This document shows positions 48,060-60,065 of a DNA stretch of 64,000 nucleotides, piece by piece. The DNA comes from Octopus bimaculoides. Taxonomy: Eukaryota. The notes under the pieces are model-generated. The model saw only the letters and a list, made by a program, of their open reading frames with translations, made no database searches and was not told the DNA's origin. The position numbers and the translations under genes were made by a program. How positions within the stretch are numbered: position 1 is the first letter of the stretch; each line of letters begins with the position of its first letter. The stretch covers positions 131,902,082-131,966,081 of the forward strand of contig NC_068984.1 in the NCBI RefSeq assembly GCF_001194135.2, written 5' to 3'.

Positions 48060-48622
48060 CTGACCTCTCGTCCCATCTATCTGTTTCTAAAATGTTGTTG
48101 CTGCAAATGCTGTTGCTACTGTAGTTTTTGTTGTCGGCTGCACTCTAGAGCAGCAATAGCAGTCGCAACAACAACAACAACGTCGTTCAGAACATTACGT
48201 ATCAACGGTCGATTTCGTGTGGGTGAAAAAAAGAAAAAAAAACGATGTACAGCGGGTGAATAATTGGCAGTCTGATCAAGACAGAGAGAGAAAGGGAGGG
48301 AGGGAGAGAGGGGGGGAGAGAAAGAGAGAGAGAAGCAGGACAGAGTAAGAGAGAGGATGGGACAGAGTGTGTGTGCATGCACGCACGTATGAATGTAAGA
48401 GCGAGAGAGGGGGGACAGAATGAACGAGAGAAAGAGGTGGGAGAGAGTGAGAGAGAAACAAAGGTAGAGAGAGGAAGAGTTGGGGAAAGAGTGAGAAAGA
48501 GAGAAACTGATATCTCAGAGAGAGAGAGGGGGTGGGGTGGGGGTAAAAAAATATAGATATGCAACCAAAATCCCACAGCCCAGTGGGTCATATGGTCACC
48601 AGAGATCCACAGTCTACCTAAG
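48060..48622 (+). other. Candidate non-coding first exon of a divergent plus-strand gene
   Basis: CpG-containing, GA-rich leader-like sequence ending in the consensus donor AAG|GTAAGT (48622|48623). CpG-poor DNA follows. No coding exon found downstream in the window. Confidence 0.3.
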
Positions 48623-50174
48623 GTAAGTCAGCCAAGCTTTAACACTGGCAATATTAAAATGGTAGGCCAGAAACTACTTCCACTCTTAACAGTGACCCCG
48701 TGGCTCGGATAAAACAACTGTTAAACATTCTAGACTGCAAAACAAAAACGTTAACCACCCCACCAAAAAAGAGAAAAAAAAAAAGAAACGAGTGATTGGC
48801 AAACCTTCACTACAAAACAAACTACTGACCCCCCCCCCCCCCCCNNNNNNNNNNNNNNNNNNNNNNNNNNNNNNACTACTTCCTGATGGCAGATAAACCT
48901 TCATTCACCAGATCTTGACCTTTGTGGAGAATAAACCAGCTTATAACCTTCCAAGTCCTAATCTGTGCAACCTTTTAATACTTATTTCCATCTTGCTTGT
49001 CTGTCCTGTCCCTGCCTAGGAAATTAGGGAACTTTGTGCATCATCCTCTCTTTGGGGTCCTGAGGTCAGAAGATACTTTAATCTCCCTCAATAGGGTAGT
49101 GACTAGAGATTGTCACTAACCATTGAGGTACATGCATACAAACAGCTTCTCCAGATAGGTGAGCTTGTATTACTTTCTGCAGCAACAAATGCATTTACAT
49201 AGCAACACTGCTAATAGCTATGCCCAACTGAGGGGCCCTAAACTGTTTAACCATTATTTGTATACATACCACACCTCTCGCCCACCTACACAAGATAAAA
49301 AAAACCCTAAAAACTGAAGGCCACCTTGACACTCTAGGTACACTGTTTGCTACAACAGCAAATTCCAGCCTTAACAGACCGTGTTAGAATATGCATATTC
49401 ACCTCCAAATGCCCAGACAACCCTATGTTATTGTCTAAACATGATCTTTAACACTCAGCCTAGAAGGAAAAAAAAAAGACTCCAACATCAATAACCCCAT
49501 TTGTTCAAAACCCAAGTCACCAGACCTAGGTAGAGGCATGTACATCTGGAACAAATGTTCTGTAGATCATGCTTAGTCATTTAGCTGAGTTCTTGTATGC
49601 TACAGGTTTGCTTGATCAAAACTGAACACAATAACATCAACAGCAATGGGTAGCAAATAGGCCTGTGTGGTTAAGATAATTTCAAAAATTATGTAGTTTT
49701 AGGCCAGATCCCACAGAACAGCACCTCAAACACGAGTCTTCTAATAGCTTCAAATCAACAAAGTCTTCTTTATGAGTAAAATCTTGTTAGACAGAAACTG
49801 CTTCAAACCTTTTGGAGGGACTATGTTTTAGGCACCTGTAAGTAGTAAGCACACAAGCTAGGTCTCAGTCAGAAAATAATTTTCTTTTTCCCTTTTAAGA
49901 CTTGGAGACAAAAGAGTCATAAGTGCTGCCCTTCTTTCATTGGCTCAGCCAAAAACCCCAACTCTGATGTGCTAGACTATCTGCTAGTATTCTGCCACGT
50001 TGACCACATGGTTGAAAGTTCAAATCTTAGCACTGCCAACAAATAGCTCTAGTTAACCTGATATGGATCCCACTCCTACTTCACAGAGTGGTTTAGAAGT
50101 AGGTTGGGCAACCAGCTGTAAAAACAATTACTCTGACAAATAAACCATCTCACCCACCCAAATATGAAATATTG

Positions 50175-50420
<246 letters not shown>

Positions 50421-51153
50421 AAAACATAACCTTGTACAGTTCCTGTTCTCTTTGAAGTAACAAACTGTGTCCCACCTAATGTGCCCTACTGTCCTACCTA
50501 AAACAAAAACACATACATACAAGCTTGTACACAGTTTTTGCTCTCTTTAGAGTAGAAAGCCGTATTCCACCCAATATACTATTAGGTCATCTCTTAATTC
50601 AGTTCTTGATCCAGAACTACAACGCCTCTCTGAAACTAAATAGTTTTCCACTACAGATACCAAAAGACAAAGATTCTTAAAGAACATCAGCTACATACAA
50701 CAAAACCCAGATTAAAATACTGCATCACATACAACGACCACTTCATATCAGAACATGCAGCATGGACCCAAACTAGATGGAAGCATGTATGACACCTCAC
50801 TAACCATAGATTTGTGGATCACATCTAGTTGCTTGGCCTTTCACCTATGTACAGTATGTTGCTCAGCCAGGAGTTACACAACATTAGCAATTTCACCTGA
50901 TCTGAGATAGCTTTGAAAAGGATTGTTAGTGTTGTCCCGTAACTTCCAACTTAATGAAGTGAAATACATCTACCTCCACGTATCACTGATTTGTTCATTA
51001 AATGCTCAAGTGTGAACCATGAACCTCGATATGCTTATCACAGATTGATCTATGATAACACAAGTCAGCAATCACTTGAAGATTGTGGTGTTACACAAAA
51101 ACTACAGTAACCACTGATTATTGTTTGTGACCATGCTGCAAGTTAGTATATTT

Positions 51154-51350
51154 AGTGCTACTTTGGCGTGTGATCTACATGAGCAAATTTACTTTGGGTG
51201 ATCTACACGCTTATTTTAATTATTATATGGTTTTCTTATTAAAATAGTAAGAATCTGAAAAAATACATTTACAATGCTAAATATGTACAAAATAATTAAA
51301 AAAGTAACCTAAAGTAATCTCCCTTGTAGATCACGCACCAAAGTAGCACT
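51154..51350. mobile_element. MITE with about 25-bp TIRs and probable 8-bp TSD
   Basis: agtgctactttggcgtgtgatctaca ... tgtagatcacgcaccaaagtagcact. Flanks gtatattt and gcatattt match 7/8. Confidence 0.75.
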
Positions 51351-51374
51351 GCATATTTTTCCTAACGCTGTACA

Positions 51375-51575
51375 TGTCTACTCATCAATATGCTACTAGT
51401 GAACAGAAAACACATGAAGGCACTTGATCCTAACAAATGACATAAACAAATGCATTTGCTACAGGAAAAGGTAGAGATGATCAAGAAAATACACAACGGT
51501 GGAAATTTCGCAGCTGTGGGCCAACAGTTCGGTGTCACTGAATCTACCATTCATTTCATTTACAAAGCGTGTGAA
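51375..51575 (+). pseudogene. Tigger/pogo transposase N-terminal (CENP-B/psq HTH) remnant
   Basis: LLQEKVEMIKKIHNGGNFAAVGQQFGVTESTIHFIYK matches the Tigger HTH pattern L.EKV..I...G...AAVG..FGV.ESTI..I.K. Truncated and frameshifted. Confidence 0.75.
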
Positions 51576-52034
51576 GATAATTTATCACTTTTTATTATTT
51601 CTTTTATTTTATGTATTTCATTTTATATATTTTTATGTATAAGCAATTTGAGAAAAGTCAACATGAAACACACATGGCCAACTAAATAATTTGTTATGGA
51701 ATATGCAGAAATAAAACAGTTGGTAATAAAATATACAGGTTAAGAGTAGTGGACGACATTGAACAATTTTTATAAGTCATATATGCTTAAAAGAATTGCT
51801 TATTCATAGATTAATGTGGATTTGATTAGAAGCAACATGTGGTACTTATAGCTGTGGTGCTGTTTGTGGTGGTAGTGATGGTGGAGAATAAATAACTAGC
51901 ACATGACAATAGGCTCACTTTGTATCAATGCATAACACATATAAATGGATTATTTTTTATGCACGTCCGTATACATGTATGAACACATTCATAAAACATT
52001 TATTAATATAACTATTTGTATTTGTACATCATAG

Positions 52035-52260
52035 TTATCATCATTTAACATCCTCCTTCCATGTTGGCATGGATTGGCATGGTTTGAGAAGAGCTGGCAA
52101 GTCAGAAGACTGCACCAATCATTTTATAGGGTGTACTGGATCTTTTTACATGACACCAGCAGCAGTGCTGGTAACTCGCAAGACAAGGCCTCTCAACTGA
52201 GGGGAGGAGCAGAACTAAGCAAGGTGGCTTTGTGCCAGATGATAACTTAGAGTGTAAACA
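52035..52260 (-). mobile_element. Old SINE family A-like copy
   Basis: tcatcatttaacatcctccttccatgttggcatgg...gagctggcaagtcagaagactgcacc. Confidence 0.6.
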
Positions 52261-52319
52261 GAGGGACAAAAAATGGTTGTCTTGCAGTAGAAGGGATACA
52301 TATTTACATCAGTTACAAG

Positions 52320-52418
52320 AAGAGAGTAAGAGACAGGGAGAGAGTAAGAGACAGGGAGAGAGTAAGAGACAGGGAGAGAGTAAGAGACAGGGAGAGAGTA
52401 AGAGACAGGGAGAGAGTA
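52320..52418. repeat. 18-bp tandem repeat x about 5 (gagagagtaagagacagg)
   Basis: Read directly from the sequence; appears as QGESKR repeats in the ORF track. Confidence 0.92.
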
Positions 52419-52625
52419 GATGGTGAAGATGTGACGCAGAGCAGAGAAGAGTGCACTTAAGTTACACAGAGGTAAATATAAGTGGTATGGAGCCAAGGAT
52501 TGGATAAGATAAGTGGGTGGGTGAGCTCGTAGGACTAAGAAAAGAGAGTGGAGGATGGAGGCGGGATTGTAGTGAGTGGACACAAATTGAGGGAGGCATA
52601 TGTTATGCTTGTAGATATATAATAT

Positions 52626-52960
52626 TAGTATGGCTCAGTGGTTAGAGTGTCAGGCTCACAATCATGAGGTAGTGAGTTCGATTCCTGGACTGGGCTATGT
52701 GTTGCGTTCTTGAGCGAGACACTTTATTTTCATGTTGCTCCAGTTTACTCAGTAGTAGAAATGAGTTGTGACGTTACTGGTGCCAAGCTGTATCGGCATT
52801 TGCCTTTCACTTGGATAGCATCAGTGGTGTGGAGAAGGAAGGCTGGTATGCATGGGCGACTGCTAGTCTTCCATAAACAACCTTGCACCTTGGAGGGGAA
52901 CTTGAGCCTCAGAGGGTAACTTTCTAGGTGCAATCCCATTCATAACCAAAGGAGGTCTTT
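52626..52960 (+). mobile_element. tRNA-derived SINE (family F) with Pol III A and B boxes
   Basis: A box tggctcagtgg and B box gttcgattcc, followed by a non-tRNA body. Related heads at ~27465-27530 (-), ~1740-1785 (-) and 62480 (+). Confidence 0.75.
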
Positions 52961-53496
52961 ACCCTTTACCCATATATACATTTACATCAATGCAGAGTTA
53001 TGTAGGATGTGTGTGGAGTGCATAATTCTTTAGTTGGGTTAAGTTAATCTGGTTTCAGAATCCTGTTAGATCACTATCATGTATGCAACTTTTTTTAATA
53101 AGTGTTTAGACATGAAACTCTAGGTTTCTAGATAACTCCAGTAGCATTTTCAACTTTCAGATAAAATTATATATACTTTGCTTTATATCTCTAGATATTT
53201 CTTTAAAACCAAATATACTTTAAACGTGTGTGTACACACACACGTGCATATAATGGTGTGAGAGAAGAGGTGGTATGTATCTCCAGCTCAAATCCCCTCC
53301 TATGGACATACATAGATTAAGGACTGTATAGCAGTCGTATATCAGGAGTGTATCAGAAGTGTGACAGTGTGACAGACATGTCTTAAAAGCATGACAACAT
53401 GAAATATACACAACATTAAGATAAGACAAGAGCATTGAAGCAAAACACAGCAGATAGAGGAAAGTTATAATGGCACTCAATGTAATCCAGAGTACA

Positions 53497-53538
<42 letters not shown>

Positions 53539-53548
53539 NNNNNNNNNN

Positions 53549-53592
<44 letters not shown>
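53497..53592. repeat. (TAG)n microsatellite spanning a gap
   Basis: Read directly from the sequence. Confidence 0.95.
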
Positions 53593-53595
<3 letters not shown>

Positions 53596-54462
53596 GCACA
53601 GATGAAGTGCAACCTCAACAGTTCATAAAGCAAACAGTTTTGTATCTTACGATAACCTTTTCAGTTCAACAGGGTCAGTTATTTGAAGTGGAGGGCAAGG
53701 ATTCAATCAATTTTTTAGTTTGAAAAATAACTTCATTCAACTGAAATTATTTCAAAACTTAAAAACGTGTGCAGAAGAGAATCTAAAATTTAAATAAAAG
53801 ATTAAATTGAATTTAACTTTTAACAAAATATTTGAATAAGAAAAATAAAAATTATTATAATTAAATTTAAACTAAAGTTCATGAGTTCAAATCTATTGCG
53901 AGTGTTTGCTTGTTCAGAACAGTACTTTTTATTCAATATTACCCTAGTTCACCATGCTGTGTTATGAAATAAGTCCCAGATCATCTGACAGTGTTACCTG
54001 TCATAGACAGGTGTTCTTTTTGGTTGTGGGATAGTTAATGTCTCTTTTCACTTCATGAAATGAAACCAGATCTAAGCTCTGGTGCTATAAGATTTAGGGA
54101 GCTTTTACTTGTACTGATTACATCACTCAAATTGTATTCTCATACAATCTTCTTTGAATTTTTCCAGGCTGGGCTGAAATCATTTGTTCACTGCAAACAG
54201 ATCACTGAATGTTGCTCTTCTTTGGAGCAAATGGAAAACAGCACAGCCATGGTTGATGTAACAATTACAACCGGATGCTTCAAGTTCAAACCTGCACTAA
54301 GGTAACTAGAAGGCGAACATGTCTACTGATGCATCTGCAACTAATTTTTCTGCTAATAGTGCAAATGTTAAGTTCATTATGGTTAATTAATGACTTGCCC
54401 ATAAAACTAGCATCAGTATTTTTTCTTTCTTCTCATCCTAGTTTTTTTTTTTTTACATTTGT

Positions 54463-54655
54463 CTCTCTTTACTCTTACTTGTTTCAGTCATTTGACTGTG
54501 GCCATGCTGGAGCACCACCTTTAGTCGAACAAATCGACCCCAGGACTTAATCTTTGTAAGCCTAGTACTTATTCTATTGGTCTCTTTTGCCGAACCGCTA
54601 AGTTATGGGGACGTAAACACACTAGCATCGGTTGTCAAGCGATGTTGGGGAGCAA

Positions 54656-54708
<53 letters not shown>

Positions 54709-54871
54709 TACGACGGGCTTCTTTCAGTTTCCGTCTACCAAATCCACTCAAGGCTTTGGTCGGCCTGAGACTATAGTAGAAGACACTTGCCCAAGATGCC
54801 ACGCAGTGGGATTGAACCCGGAACCATGTGGTTGGTAAACAAGCTACTTACCACACAGCCACTCCTGCACC
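54463..54871 (-). mobile_element. SINE family C, full-length copy
   Basis: Reverse complement of 32202-32612. Confidence 0.88.
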
Positions 54872-55559
54872 CGTCCAAAGCATTTTCAGAAGTTTGTTCC
54901 ATGTTTGTTTTCCAACTTTTAGATAGCCCTTGCTTCATTCATTCTGAGTAATGTAAAGCTTTCCTTTTCTAAGTCTCAAGTTACTCAGGTGGTTGAAGAA
55001 ATTGGAAATCTGTACCAAGTAGGATACATGGATGCAAGGGAAGTATGTCCTTGAGAGACAAAGGGCTGAAGAAGTAGGGTCAAAATAAAGGGTCTGACAG
55101 CAACAAAAACAGCACGACGCGAAAAAGGAGCTTGACTGAAACAAATCTATTTTTAAAAAATTACCAGAATAAGCTTTGTTTTATAAAGGAAGGTTGCTAA
55201 ACATTGTAGGGAAACAGGACAATTATGGGTTCTTCAGGTTTCTGTAAAACTCTAAGGAACAGGAGCAACCCCAGCATGGCCGCAGTCCAATGACTGAAAC
55301 AAGTAAAAGATAAAAGAAAAAAAACATGCAAGAGAATGTAAATTTTAGATTTCCTTGATAAAAGTGAGGATGTCTATGAAATGTGTGTGCATAAATGCAT
55401 ATAAATGCACCGTCGAGTGCAGATGCACTAACTGCAAACTGTCTAACAATGCAACAAAACAACACCAGGTTGATTTCTGCAAATTACTGAAAATTAGGAT
55501 ATAAATCTCCAGGCAACATCCGAGAAAATATTACATTGTGCTTGTGTCTGCACAACTAC

Positions 55560-55894
55560 TCCACAGATATATAGGTGCATGCATGGACACACACACACAC
55601 GTCTGTCTGTACAGGTACTGTGAATGCATGAAGACTTACAAAGGCTGTAATGTATTACATCATAAATGCACAGTCATTCTGCACACACACACACACACAC
55701 ACACACATACAAGAATGAGCTTATACTGCATTATATATGTGCTGACACAGGCATATACATACACAGTTGCTTGCAGACAGAAATATGGTTACACCATACA
55801 TGCATATTACATATATGCAAATGTTACATTACATTATATACAGATTCATGTACACACATAAATGTGAATATACGTATACAGAGAAATACATACT

Positions 55895-55928
<34 letters not shown>

Positions 55929-56040
55929 TTTACATACTGAAATAAAACATACATGCCCACAAATGTCATCACATATACATGCACACATCTTTTGCATATG
56001 GTTATGTGTACACATATACACATGCAGGTGCATTAGAACA
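55560..56040. repeat. CA/TA-rich compound microsatellite region
   Basis: Multiple (CA)n and (TACA)-type runs. Confidence 0.8.
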
Positions 56041-56399
56041 TATAGAGCTCTGTAGAGACACATGTTAGAAAAAAAAAACCATAACAGCAGTAACTGAGAC
56101 AACAAAGGTGCCTCTATGCAGTCATTCAACCTGCTAGAAATAGCAGCTGAGTCATCAAAATCATACCTTATCGTCTAAGAAAAAGGACATGTTGGATAAT
56201 GAGATTCTGGGCCCTGCACATAGAAAATGACCCCCCCCCCAAAAAAAAACAAACACAATGATCAAAGATAAGAATGCTTTTGATCATAGGTTTACTGGAT
56301 CTTGGTTGACCTGGGGCTAATCAACTGCACAACTGCAACATCTACAACAACATTTGTAGCAGCAAGAATTACCACAATAACTACTAATATGGTAGTTAA

Positions 56400-57170
56400 T
56401 GACCATGTCTAGCATGGGCACAAGGCCTGAATTTTGGAAGAGGGTGTTAGCTAATACCATTGACCCCCTATACTTGACTTACATCCTGGGTCAATAATAA
56501 ATAAAGTAAGAAAGGCAAAGTTATATAATATATAATAACAATAATAATCCTTTCTACTAAAGGTACAAGGCCTGAAATTGTGGGGGAGGGGCTGGTTGAT
56601 TACATTGACCCCAGTGCATAACTGATATTTATTTTATCAACCCAGAAAGGATGAAAGGTAAAGTTGGACTCGACGAAATTTGAACTCGGAACATAAAGAC
56701 AGACTAAATACAGCAAAGCATCTTGCCAGCTAGCCACCTTAATAATAATAATAATAATTTCAAATTTTGGCACATGGCCAGCAATTCAGGGGAAGGATCT
56801 AATTTGATTTCATCAAACCCAGTGTTCAACTGGTACTTATTTTATCGAGTTTAAAAGGATGAAAGGCAAAGTCGACCTCAGCGAAATTTGAACTCCAGTC
56901 ATAAAGACAGGAAATGTATGTTAATAGCAATAACTATAATAATCTTTTCTACTGTAGCACTAAGCATTTTGTCTGGTGTGCTAACATTTCACCACAATAA
57001 TAATAAACTTAGGTACAATTTTGAGAAAAAAAAATGTAATCAATTTAGTTTAATCCTGTCCTTGACGGGTACTTACTGTCAATTTCAGAAAGAGTAAAAG
57101 AGAAAGTTGACCTCAGTGAGATTTGAACTTGTACTACAAAGTATTTTACCCATCTCTCTACCAACTGAGC
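56400..57170 (-). mobile_element. Tandem array of about four decayed SINE family D copies
   Basis: Repeated acaaggcctgaa.tt...ggg...gacccc...gaaaggcaaagt.gacctc...gaaatttgaactc, separated by (aat)n runs. Confidence 0.75.
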
Positions 57171-57432
57171 CAATCAACTTTTTTTTTTTTTGTAAAACCC
57201 CTTATATCTTACCAACAATATGCAAATGTATCCCACTGTCATAATGTCAGAAGGTGCTCTTAAAAACAGAAAGCCAATTACAGATGGTCTGCATGGTCTC
57301 TCAGCCAGCTAGAAGTAGCACCATATTTTTCTAGCCACACCCTATCACCACCCAAAATAAGAAATAAAGAAAAAGAAATGGACAAGCTGATGGTTTCCAA
57401 TCAAGGTGCTGTGACACTATAAAGCTATAAAC

Positions 57433-57810
57433 CAGTAGTTCTCAACGAAGGTCCACACAATACCTAGGGATCCATATAAGATTTTGTTGTTAAAATTGAT
57501 GTGCAATATAGATGTTTTCGATCTAGTTTGGATTCTTTGCAATCAAATTTGATGGCAAAGAATTCAAATTTGATGGCAACGAATTCAAATTTGATTGCAA
57601 AGAATCCAAACTAGATCGAAAACATCTATAAATTGTTGATACTTCTGCAATGCATAAAATATTTTAATTTTTTTTATACAATCCCTAATAATATCTAATT
57701 ATAAAAACAATAGAATTTTTTTAAACATCGAATAGCTATAGGGGTCCAGTTGAGTTAGATAAGAATCAAAAGGGGTCCATAGACAAAAAAAAAACAGCTG
57801 GGAACCACTT
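57433..57810. mobile_element. hAT MITE (same family as 46619) carrying an internal inverted duplication
   Basis: cagtagttctcaac ... aggggtccatagacaaaaaaa...gctgggaaccact. The body is similar to 46619-46921. Confidence 0.75.
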
Positions 57811-58029
57811 CAATGAATAATAGTTTGAGGGAGTTGCAAGGTTTTAAACTTTAATAACACAATTAACAAAAAAAATGTCATTAAGGGAATCACATACCTG
57901 GACTATAAAGAAATGGGGTGACCACTGCCTAGGGAATGGTCAAGGGTGGAACAAGTTTGACTATAAACCTTGTTTGTTTAGGGTGCACCTTAGGGCTAAG
58001 CAACAGATACAACCAATATAACAGACACT

Positions 58030-58985
58030 AATTCAACTACTACTACTGCTGCTGCTGCTATCACTTCTCTCACAATTACCATCACCATTGCTATCATGTG
58101 TAGCACCACCACTACCATAACTACCAATAATGGCTCCATCAGTCACATTATCTACCACCACCAGGCCTATCGTGCCCACCACAACCATCACCTCACTAAA
58201 TCTTAAAGAAAATAACGAAAACAATAGGGGCAGGTAAAGGGAGCAGTAAACTAAAACTAATCCCCACCACCACCACCACCACCACCACCACCACTACCAT
58301 AAGCAAGGCAGCAGCAGCAGCACTAACAGCAACCACCTGCAGCAAGATGATATTAGCTGCAGCTTAAATCAATAGACTAAGGCCATTCACAGACTCAGCC
58401 ATGATGCCAAGCAGCTAGAAATAAAACGGTCTGGGATCAGCTCAACAGTTAAATGGATACCATCATAGTTACCACCACCACCACCACCATACCATTACCA
58501 AAATTAGCACCACCACTACCACTTATTAACATCACGACCAGACTCACCCCTCCTACTATTATCATCCAATCAGTATAACTTCACTCCATCCCCATATCCA
58601 GACAACTGCCACCACCACTCTCCAAGGACACTATTCCTTCCACAAGCATCATCATCATCACTGTCATCTAGTAGAAATAGCAGCACCATGACCAATTTAC
58701 TATTACTACAACTACGACTACTACCACCACCACCACCACCACCAAATCACCTGGCAGCAAATCTTACTGTACACAATACTACGACTACTACTACTGCAAT
58801 CACCCCCACCCCCACTACCTTCACCAGGCAATACAAACTGCTGTATATGACTGCCATTTCCTCCACCACCAAAGGCCTACTCTATACCATACTACAACCA
58901 TCATAACTACCACCACCACCACCACCACAACTATCTAGCCAGCCAACCAACCAACCAACCGATGCTGCTCTTACACCACCACCAG
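58030..58985. repeat. (CAC)n/(TAC)n/(CAG)n trinucleotide low-complexity region
   Basis: Read directly from the sequence. Similar tracts lie at 38440-38670 and 39030-39320. Confidence 0.85.
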
Positions 58986-59441
58986 AGACAACCACTAGGT
59001 CCTTCTGTGCATAAAAACAAAACAGCTCTGAAATGGAGGTCAACAGAACAGTTAGCAGATTAGATTAGCAAAAGATAATCTAGGATAAAAGATTATCCAC
59101 CTCACAGGCCAATAAGGGTATTTATGTTTACTCTTGGAACTTCAAAGGGCAACTAATTAAGAGAACTCCATGAGTATCTGCTACTCCCCTTTCCCAAAAA
59201 GGAGTTGTGAGTTTAGGAGTTTACAATGGAGCAAGGAAGAGTATCTAACATTTGAAAGAGTGACAGGCTAACTTTTAAGAGATTTGACTGGATGGAATCT
59301 TGAATATTGTGTGGCATATTGTATATCTATATTACAGAGAGAGAGAGAGGTCAGGTGATTAGATACTTAACTGCTCATGGTTAGTGTGTTCAAATCCGAT
59401 TCACATTTCATTTTTTCATATCAGCTCAGTCCATATCTAGC

Positions 59442-60065
59442 ACGGTATTTCTCAAGCCATTTTTAACTATGGACCCCTTTGATTCCTATTTTACTCAGAT
59501 GCACCCCCATAACCACTTAATGTTTAAAAAATCCGGTAAATATTTTATAATTAAAATATTAGGAATAGTATAAAAATTTGTGAAAATGTTTTGTGTATTG
59601 TAGATGTACAATCAATTTATTCATCATCATCATCGTTTAACGTCCGCTTTCCATGCTAGCATGGGTTAGATGATTTAACTGAGGACTGGTGAAACCAGAT
59701 GGCTACACCAGGCTCCATCTGATTTGGCAGAATTTCTACAGCTGGATGCCCTTCCTAACACCAACTACTCAGTGTAGTGGGTGCTTTTACGAGTCACCTG
59801 CACGAAGGCCAGTCAGGCGGTACTGGCAACGACCATGCTTAAAATGGTGTATTTTATGTGCCACCCGCACAAGAGCCAGTCCAGGGGCACTGGCAACGAT
59901 CTCGCTCAAAAATCCTTACACATGTCACGGGCACAAGTGCCAGAAAGGCAACGCTGGGCACAGGTGCCATCCCGATTTCGCTTGCCTCAATAAGTCTACC
60001 TGAATTTTAGCAAAATCTTACCTGGGCCCCCAAGGATCATATGGACCCCAGTTGAGAACTAATCT
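59442..60065. mobile_element. hAT MITE in opposite orientation, interrupted by a family A SINE
   Basis: tatttctcaagccattttt..tatggaccccttttgattc...[SINE]...atatggaccccagttgagaact. Confidence 0.7.
59621..59997 (-). mobile_element. SINE family A copy nested in the hAT MITE
   Basis: Near-identical to 27121-27445. Confidence 0.85.

Noticed and set aside
52626-52700. tRNA gene
   Set aside because: A and B boxes are present, but I could not pair an acceptor stem and the sequence continues into a SINE body with relatives elsewhere in the window.
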